A stretch of DNA of 32,000 bases from an uncultured archaeon (GTDB lineage Archaea > Asgardarchaeota > Jordiarchaeia > Jordiarchaeales > Jordiarchaeaceae), in the NCBI GenBank assembly GCA_964510585.1, contig CAZECW010000003.1, positions 1 to 32,000 of the forward strand. Direction: 5' to 3'. Under the pieces are notes generated by a model. That model worked only from the letters and a program-made list of their open reading frames with translations, was not told the origin of the DNA and did no database searches. The translations under genes and the position numbers were made by a program. Of this stretch, positions 1 to 6,620 are shown in pieces. Position 1 is the stretch's first letter. Every line of letters starts with the position of its first letter.

Positions 1-2
1 CG

Positions 3-614
3 TCTGCTACGGACTCCTCTGGCCACTGTGTGTTGTCCTGGCTGGTTCCCTCCGGCTTGGCTCCCGGAGTGTACAGCTTCTATCTGAGGTTTGAGGGCAA
101 CCAAACTTACGGGTCGGCGGAGAGCGTGTTCAACGTGACCACTCTCCCCAGAGATCTTAAAATTGTTTCGGTGATTTTGAACGCAACTTTTGTGAAGCCG
201 AATGAGCTGATTTATGTGGTTGTAGAGATTTCAAGTAGTGATCCTCTTGTTTCGGTTAGAATTGACGGCTTTTTATTAGAAAAAGCTAGTGAAACAAGTT
301 GGATTGGAGCCATTAATGCTTCTTCTCAGCCTGGGAGACATGTATTGTCTGTAGTTGTTTATTATAATGGTGTTGAGTGTATTAACGATTCGGCTACATA
401 CTATGTGGGTGAAGAAAAGGAATTGGGTGCTCCTTTATGGCCCCTTTTATTACTTCTTACTAATGGCCAGGAATTCCTCAGCGGGGGACTAACTGTTATT
501 GTTCCCCTTTCCCTTATGGCCATATTTTCTGCTGGGCTTGCTTTGAAAAGAAGGAACCGCCAACCAGGTTTTTCCAGAGACTACACTATAGACGTAGACT
601 TGGATTCACCCTAA
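3..614 (+). CDS. C-terminal part of a large secreted/cell-surface protein (Ig-like beta domains plus C-terminal membrane anchor); 5' end lies outside the window
   Basis: Frame is open from base 3 (SATDSSGHCVLSW...). Beta-strand-rich sequence with N-x-S/T sequons (NQT, NVT, NAT, NAS, NDS), then a hydrophobic helix (GGLTVIVPLSLMAIFSAGLAL) followed by basic KRRNR. Confidence 0.7.
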   Translation, partial: SATDSSGHCVLSWLVPSGLAPGVYSFYLRFEGNQTYGSAESVFNVTTLPRDLKIVSVILNATFVKPNELIYVVVEISSSDPLVSVRIDGFLLEKASETSWIGAINASSQPGRHVLSVVVYYNGVECINDSATYYVGEEKELGAPLWPLLLLLTNGQEFLSGGLTVIVPLSLMAIFSAGLALKRRNRQPGFSRDYTIDVDLDSP

Positions 615-984
615 AAAATATGTAAATGGTACACTAGGAGTAGGTTAGAAATATTTATCCGATTTTTAACAATTAAATCCACATATTCTTCTTAGACAAT
701 TTTGAACGTGTTTTCTATATACAGAAATACTACAATTAGAATAGCTGAGTTCAAAATGGTTTGTTTCAAATTCACTAAGCGATATTAAAAAGCGATTCAA
801 AAAAGACTCAAAAGGGTAAAAACGTAAAGTAAAATTATTTCAGCGGGCTGCCAATTTTTGAAACTTTGCCCCCATCGGGCAAGGTTACCCACTTTCCCAA
901 AGGAAATCTTGCCTTCTGAATATAATAATTCTAGGCCTAATCGTACATTCATTCCTCTAATACCTATCCCCAAAAGGTTTTCGT

Positions 985-1743
985 TTACTGTGCTGTGGAG
1001 CCACCGTCGATTACCAAGATGGACCCTGTTGTAAAGGAAGATTCCTCTGAGGCTAGAAATAGTGCCGCGTAGGCTATTTCTATGGGTTTTCCTAGGCGCC
1101 CTAAGGGTATTTCTTTGATTACTTCTTGTGTTCTCTCATTTTTTTGTTTTTCACCTATCCAGCGTTTGAGCAGGGGGGTTTCTGTGGCTCCGGGGCAAAT
1201 GCAGTTTACCCTGATTCCGTAGGGGGCGCATTGTAGAGCCAGTGAGCGTGTTAATGCTATTACCCCTCCTTTTGAGGCTGAGTATGCTGGGTGGCTGGGG
1301 GTGCCTACTAATCCCAGTTCGGAAGCTGTGTTTATTATGGAGCCCCCTGTCCTCATCATGTGGGGAATGGCATATTTGCAGCACAAGAATATGCTTTTCA
1401 AATTCACTTCGATTAATTTGTCCCAATCCTCCTCACAGGTTTCCCATAGTGGCCCTTCTGGTCCCTCTATTCCTGCGTTGTTAAATAGAACGTCAAGTTT
1501 TTCGAATGTATTTATACATTTGTCAATCATTCTTTTAACTTCCTCAGCCTTAGAGACATCAACAGCTACTTGAACCGCGGTTCCTCCCTTCTTTGAAATC
1601 TGTTCAACCACCTTTTTCCCCAAATTTGGTTCAATGTCTGCAACCACAACTTTGGCTCCTTCCCCAGCAAAAAGCCTAGCTGTGGCTTGACCTATACCTG
1701 AACCCGCACCAGTAATTATGGCTACTTTATCCTTCAATCGCAT
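985..1743 (-). CDS. Short-chain dehydrogenase/reductase (classical SDR, FabG/3-oxoacyl-ACP reductase-like)
   Basis: TGAGSGIG Rossmann motif, NNAG, catalytic YSASK, NCICPG, GSILVIDGG; 252 aa. Confidence 0.93.
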   Translation of the reverse strand: MRLKDKVAIITGAGSGIGQATARLFAGEGAKVVVADIEPNLGKKVVEQISKKGGTAVQVAVDVSKAEEVKRMIDKCINTFEKLDVLFNNAGIEGPEGPLWETCEEDWDKLIEVNLKSIFLCCKYAIPHMMRTGGSIINTASELGLVGTPSHPAYSASKGGVIALTRSLALQCAPYGIRVNCICPGATETPLLKRWIGEKQKNERTQEVIKEIPLGRLGKPIEIAYAALFLASEESSFTTGSILVIDGGSTAQ

Positions 1744-1769
1744 ATAGTCCCAACTCCAAAACGTACATC

Positions 1770-1783
1770 ATAAAAAGGTTTCC
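1770..1783 (-). promoter_or_regulatory. Putative BRE-TATA promoter of the SDR gene
   Basis: Minus strand reads GGAAACC-TTTTTAT about 27 nt upstream of the ATG at 1743. The same AAACC-(T/A-rich TATA) arrangement recurs upstream of pckA and top6B. Confidence 0.5.
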
Positions 1784-2152
1784 AACCAATTTTGGAGAGA
1801 CTTAAACAAATAAATAATAAGTTATGTCAGAATTATTTAAAATAATTGTCACCAAAACGGGTTGTAATTCCTTCCACGACTAAAACTCGTGAGCTTCCTT
1901 GCGACAATTTGTGAAAAATGAGGTAGTTTACCCTAAGCGTCTACTATTATGGAGTGTTGCCTCTTTGTAGCTTTTCCAAACTTCTATACCTTAAATTATC
2001 ACTTTCCCCTCTTTTAAGCTGATTTTAGGACTTAAACCGACACATTTATACACTTTATAATCCTCCACACAATAAGAGGCTTCAAGTTAACAGTACCAAA
2101 ATGAAGGGATACTAGTACTAAATTTTTTTTCTAAAAATTTCCGAATAGTTTT

Positions 2153-2186
2153 AATTCACAAATACATAAACTTATAGTTGTGATTT
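2153..2186. promoter_or_regulatory. Imperfect palindrome (candidate operator) between the TATA-like box and start codon of the glycosylase gene
   Basis: AATTCACAA (2153-2161) / TTGTGATTT (2178-2186), with an inner ATAA-AC-TTAT (2166-2175). A TTTTAATT element lies about 32 nt upstream of ATG 2188. Confidence 0.3.
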
Positions 2187-2187
2187 T

Positions 2188-2517
2188 ATGCGAATCTGGG
2201 ATATCCCCCCGGAAAAATTGTGTAACAAGCATTTGTTAGGGGAGCATAGGGAGCTTCATGCCATTTGGGAGATTTTAACGCAGGATAAAAAAGGTTATTC
2301 CCGGCATCCGGAAACGTTGAGGTGGAAGGGTAAATTAAAGAGTTTGTATTTGAGACACGAAAAGCTTATCGGTGAGATGGAAAAAAGAGGATACAAGCAC
2401 AATAGCCCTCTACAAATAGAATTAGCAACTGGAGATGAAGTACAAACCGAGTATGTGACTCCTATTAAGGATCAAATTAGAATCCTGAAAAGTAAGAAAT
2501 GTGGATGCAAAGTTTAG
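2188..2517 (+). CDS. Pyrimidine-dimer DNA glycosylase / T4 endonuclease V family protein
   Basis: MRIW...HLLGEHRELH aligns with T4 EndoV MTRIN...HLMAEYRELP. Also HP..xRW and RH..L..EM.KRGY motifs; 109 aa. Confidence 0.85.
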   Translation: MRIWDIPPEKLCNKHLLGEHRELHAIWEILTQDKKGYSRHPETLRWKGKLKSLYLRHEKLIGEMEKRGYKHNSPLQIELATGDEVQTEYVTPIKDQIRILKSKKCGCKV

Positions 2518-2647
2518 CAAAACAAAAATCAGTTCTTCCACCCGTAGTATATGTTCTGGGAGCTTAAGATCACTAAAAGTACTCGTCGATATATTCCAAG
2601 GTTTGTAAAGATGCTGTAACTTTCTGTTTTGAATGGGGTTGATGGTA

Positions 2648-3718
2648 ATGCCCAGTTTAAAATTGTCTAAAAAAACTTCAAAAATGGTTGGTCTGCCTCC
2701 AGGAACTCCCGTGTATATTGGGGATAAAGTTGTAGGCGAAGTGAAAATTAGGCTTATGGACTATGATGAAACGCACTTTCAGGAAAAGGAAGTGAAAAAT
2801 ATTGAGGAGTGTTTTCCTTTTAAAGAAACGCCAACCATAACTTGGATAAATATAGACGGTGTTCATCAAGGAGATATTATAGAAAAAATTGGAAAACAAT
2901 TTGACATACATCCCCTCATTTTAGAAGATATTATGAACACCGAGCAACGCCCCAAAATAGAGGATTTCGAAAAATACCTTTTCATCGTTTTAAAAATGCT
3001 CTACACCAACAATAAAAATGGTGAAATCCAATCAGAACAAGTTAGTTTGGTTGTGGGCCCAAACTATGTTATATCCTTCCAAGAGAAGGAAGGAGATGTC
3101 TTTGACCCTATAAGGGAAAGAATTAGAACCGGTAAGGGACGCGTAAGAAGGATGGGGCCTGACTACTTGGCCTATGCTCTAATAGACGCCATTGTGGACA
3201 ACTATTTTGTGGTTTTAGAAAAAGTAGGGGAAAAAATCGAAGATGTAGAAGAACTACTCATATTGGAGCCCTCCCCACAAGTTTTAAAAGAAATCCACCG
3301 TCTGAAAAGGAAGCTACTGTTCTTACGCAAATCCGTTTGGCCTCTGAGGGAAGTTATTAATATTCTGGAAAGGGGTGAATGCTCCCTGGTTAAAAAAGCA
3401 ACGATAATCTTTCTTAGAGACGTTTATGACCACACTATCCAAGTGATTGAAACCATCGAGGTCTATAGAGAAATGCTTTCCGAAATGATTGACGCCTACC
3501 TCTCAAGCATAAGCAACAAAACCAATGAGATTGTCAAAGTGTTAACAATTATCGCCACAATTTTTATACCCTTAACCTTCATTGCCAGCATCTACGGTAT
3601 GAACTTCACATGGATGCCGGAAATCGAATGGCCCGAAGGATACCACATGGTTCTCGTCGTAATGGCCATTATCGGAATTATGATGATTGTCTATTTCCGG
3701 AGAAAAAAATGGATATAA
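2648..3718 (+). CDS. corA: Magnesium/cobalt transporter CorA (alternative ATGs at 2633 and 2642)
   Basis: GLPPG N-terminus, HPLILEDI..QRPKIE, two C-terminal TM helices with the YGMNF signature and MPE loop. Confidence 0.95.
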   Translation: MPSLKLSKKTSKMVGLPPGTPVYIGDKVVGEVKIRLMDYDETHFQEKEVKNIEECFPFKETPTITWINIDGVHQGDIIEKIGKQFDIHPLILEDIMNTEQRPKIEDFEKYLFIVLKMLYTNNKNGEIQSEQVSLVVGPNYVISFQEKEGDVFDPIRERIRTGKGRVRRMGPDYLAYALIDAIVDNYFVVLEKVGEKIEDVEELLILEPSPQVLKEIHRLKRKLLFLRKSVWPLREVINILERGECSLVKKATIIFLRDVYDHTIQVIETIEVYREMLSEMIDAYLSSISNKTNEIVKVLTIIATIFIPLTFIASIYGMNFTWMPEIEWPEGYHMVLVVMAIIGIMMIVYFRRKKWI

Positions 3719-3947
3719 AAAGAAAAGAATACTTATCCCCTCTAAATAAGTATAATCCTTTTTTAAGCTACAGAAAGGAAAGCATTTTGGGAAGGATTTT
3801 CCGTTATATTGCGCCATTATACCCTTAAATAACTTCTAAAGGGCAGAAGCTAAAGCTCATATCATATTGACAACAAAAACTTCAACCGCTAAAATAAGCT
3901 TACTAGATTTGTTGGATAGACAAAAAAAGAGAAGAGGGGAAGTGTAA

Positions 3948-5630
3948 TCACGCAGTCCTTGGGATGGCTAGCTTTCCGAGAAGAAGTTCCCTTGCAGTTT
4001 CAAATGCGGCCATGTGGTCGAAGACAGCTTTTCCTTTAACTTCCTTAGCCTTTCTTAGTAGATTTTCCTCGACTTGTCTTTTTAGCGCACCAATAGCCAG
4101 TGAGCCAATGCCGTAAACTCCGGGTTTCAACTCCTTCTTGTCATCGTTTCTGTCAAGCCCACCTATTCCCAGGGGAGGGACGGCGTTAACGTCGAGGAGC
4201 AATTTTTTCGGTTTGAGGCTTTCTACGTCTTCTCTGCTGAGGAGTTGTACACCTGCCTTTGCAACAGAGAATACCATGTCAGCGTCCTGCACTATTTCCA
4301 TTATTTGCTCCTTGTTTGGAGCGAATATTCCTTTGATTTCTACACCAAACTTTTCGTTTAGATCCGAGGCTACCGTTTTCACATATTGTACACTGGCACC
4401 AGACCAGGTTTCCACCATGTAAACTTTGCAGCCAAGCTTTGCTGCTAATACGCAGGCGAATCTTCCTACCGGTCCTGTTCCCCCTAGAACTGCAACTTTC
4501 ATTTTTTCAATATTGCCCAGATTAAGGGTAACCACGGCTTCTTCAGCTTTTGCTACCAGTGCTGAGGCGGTGGTGCAAGCTCCTCTTGGATCAAAAATTA
4601 TTGGCACTTCGAAGGGCGGCACCAAGGATTTAACGGCTTTCTCGAATATTTCCTGGGCTTGATTCACATTGCTTCCACCGACAAAGATTGCGGTGTATTT
4701 TGCGCCTTTAGGTCCTCGGGAGAATATTATGTCTTGTACCAGTCTTTGAGCGTCTTCAGGCTTTACTCCACCCAGAGGAATGACCACATCGAAACCCGCG
4801 TCGTAAGCCATATTCATGTCAAATGGACTTGCATGCTGGTCAGTATCTAAGAAGTATAATATGTGTTGTCTCTGCTCCTTCTTCTTCACAACTATGGGTA
4901 TTATTTCAACATGGTTAGATTCTAGAAGGTTAGATAGTTCAGTGCTTTCCTCTTTGCTATTTATTTCCTTTTTTGCTTTAACCACGACTAAATCTACATC
5001 TAGATCGGTGCAGAGCTTGGATATTCCGTCTGCGTGACGTGGGTCACATATGAGCATGCCGGTGACATTTTTCTTTTTGATTTCTCTTGCCTGATTTAGG
5101 ACGCCACTCATTATCCACGCTTCGCGAACCCTAAATTTTATGTCGTCTTCAATTTCCTTCAAGTTTTGTTCAAAGTATTGAGCCAAAGTAGCCAGTTTTA
5201 GGAAGTTTTCATCATTCTTTTTTGCTTCTGGATTTTTGGCTAGGACTTTCGTAATCTGTTCAATTAGAATGTTTCTTAGTTCCTGTTTTCTGCTCATTGT
5301 GGACCAGATGTAGTCGCGGGCGTTATCTGCAATGTCCACATAGCTGTAAGGGATTCCATGTTTTTTAAAAACATCCACTAGAGGATTATCGTATAGAAAC
5401 TCTTCAATGCTTCTCATCCCCCTCTCCTCAAGGCAAAAGTCGGGTTTGTACTCTTCGACCATCTTGTTTATGAATTCCCTGTACTCCTTGGACATTATTC
5501 TCAGTTCTGAGAAAAAGTCTTTAGGAGGATTGAATGGTTCTAGCAGGTACCAGTCGATTCCGTATTCGCTTTCAACCATAACCAACCTTAGTTTCTGTCC
5601 CTTCAGTGGCTCTAACTCTAAAACTTCCAT
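3948..5630 (-). CDS. Fusion: N-terminal uncharacterised ~220-250 aa domain plus C-terminal NAD(P)-dependent methylene-H4MPT dehydrogenase (MtdB/MtdA family)
   Basis: From residue 256: SPFDMNMAYDAGFD, QDIIFSRGP, AIFVGG, DPRGACTT, LGGTGPVG, DVNAVPPLGI, GIGSLAIG, matching MtdB-family motifs (SPFDVNMAIDAGF, QDSIFSR, DVNAVPP). GGAGG RBS precedes the ATG. Confidence 0.88.
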   Translation of the reverse strand: MEVLELEPLKGQKLRLVMVESEYGIDWYLLEPFNPPKDFFSELRIMSKEYREFINKMVEEYKPDFCLEERGMRSIEEFLYDNPLVDVFKKHGIPYSYVDIADNARDYIWSTMSRKQELRNILIEQITKVLAKNPEAKKNDENFLKLATLAQYFEQNLKEIEDDIKFRVREAWIMSGVLNQAREIKKKNVTGMLICDPRHADGISKLCTDLDVDLVVVKAKKEINSKEESTELSNLLESNHVEIIPIVVKKKEQRQHILYFLDTDQHASPFDMNMAYDAGFDVVIPLGGVKPEDAQRLVQDIIFSRGPKGAKYTAIFVGGSNVNQAQEIFEKAVKSLVPPFEVPIIFDPRGACTTASALVAKAEEAVVTLNLGNIEKMKVAVLGGTGPVGRFACVLAAKLGCKVYMVETWSGASVQYVKTVASDLNEKFGVEIKGIFAPNKEQIMEIVQDADMVFSVAKAGVQLLSREDVESLKPKKLLLDVNAVPPLGIGGLDRNDDKKELKPGVYGIGSLAIGALKRQVEENLLRKAKEVKGKAVFDHMAAFETARELLLGKLAIPRTA

Positions 5631-5661
5631 TATTCGCCCTCCAAAATAATTTTTTAGTTTT

Positions 5662-6306
5662 TTAGTGTACCAATTCAGTTTGCCTCACACTGGTAGCTGA
5701 TCTCATCGGCAGAACTACCAAGTCTGTTTCGCTCATTTGTTTTGCTAATTCATTGAATAGATTGGATGGGGTGATGTGTATGCAGGTTACTTCTTTTTCA
5801 GGCACTTCGCTGGCCAGGTCGATTAATTGTTTTATTATCCACCTGGCGGTTATCACAGTGTTCATGTATTCCTCTTTTCCGTCTGCTTCCTTCTCGTAGA
5901 ATTCTATTAGGGATTTCAGGTTTTGTGCCTTGTAGGTGCTCGCGTTTTTAGGGTTCTCAGAGAGGAATCTTTCCAATTCTTCCTTTAATTCTTCTATTTT
6001 TTCTCTTAGGTCATCTATTTCCTGTTCCAAATATAGTCGGGCGTTTTGGGGTATTCCTAATCTGAAGAGTGGAACCCCTAACTCTCTGAATTCTTCCGTA
6101 TTCACGCTCTGACCGTTAACGCCAAACATGCAATCTTTGTCTGCAGTGATAAAGTCGGGATGATAGGTTAGAATAACGTTTAGTAAGGAGTTATCGGCCT
6201 GTTCGGTGAAGCAATCAGAATTTTTGGAAGCCTGGGAATTTCCTTCTTCATACAATACCACCGTGAGGATTTTCCCACGCAATTTTTTAATTTCCAATTC
6301 TTCCAT
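5662..6306 (-). CDS. Uncharacterised protein, stand-alone paralog of the N-terminal domain of the downstream Mtd fusion, with a coiled-coil insert
   Basis: GGAGG RBS before ATG 6306 (MEELEIKK). 31 nt gap to the next co-oriented gene. Aligns colinearly with residues 1-217 of ORF 3948-5630. Confidence 0.8.
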   Translation of the reverse strand: MEELEIKKLRGKILTVVLYEEGNSQASKNSDCFTEQADNSLLNVILTYHPDFITADKDCMFGVNGQSVNTEEFRELGVPLFRLGIPQNARLYLEQEIDDLREKIEELKEELERFLSENPKNASTYKAQNLKSLIEFYEKEADGKEEYMNTVITARWIIKQLIDLASEVPEKEVTCIHITPSNLFNELAKQMSETDLVVLPMRSATSVRQTELVH

Positions 6307-6394
6307 CTTTTTCCTTCCTCCATTTATTCTCTGGTTAAACAATAGAAGGATGTTAGGATTTAAAACTAATCTTAACTTGTCTTTTCTGAATTAT

Positions 6395-6410
6395 GACAAT
6401 TTTAATTGTC
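6395..6410. promoter_or_regulatory. Palindromic operator candidate 1 (GACAA-N6-TTGTC)
   Basis: GACAATT-TT-AATTGTC. Lies about 30 nt upstream of a minus-strand TTTTAAAT box (6358-6365) serving the leftward operon. Confidence 0.65.
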
Positions 6411-6549
6411 TTGAAAATTGTTGTATAGTTTGAATAAAAAGAGGAAAATTCATTTTTTTTGACAATTAAATTTTATTCCAAAAATTGTCTGGCAAGTCAA
6501 TTTTATTAATCCAGTTACGATAGCCATTAAGACAATAAGAATGATGTAT

Positions 6550-6569
6550 TTGACAAATATAATTGTCAA
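6550..6569. promoter_or_regulatory. Palindromic operator candidate 2 (TTGACAA-N6-TTGTCAA)
   Basis: TTGACAA-ATATAA-TTGTCAA. Lies just upstream of GAAAA-TTTTTATTAA (6581-6595), the BRE/TATA candidate for the rightward operon. Confidence 0.65.
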
Positions 6570-6620
6570 TTTTAATTTACGAAAATTTTTATTAACCAAT
6601 AAACTCTCCTTGATAAATTG

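Noticed and set aside
864-884. Small hairpin TTGCCC-CCATC-GGGCAA between convergent genes
   Set aside because: A 6-bp stem is expected by chance; no further support.
6550-6566. TTGACA...TATAAT resembling a bacterial sigma70 promoter
   Set aside because: The two hexamers are 2 nt apart rather than about 17, and the context is archaeal; a palindromic operator explains it better.
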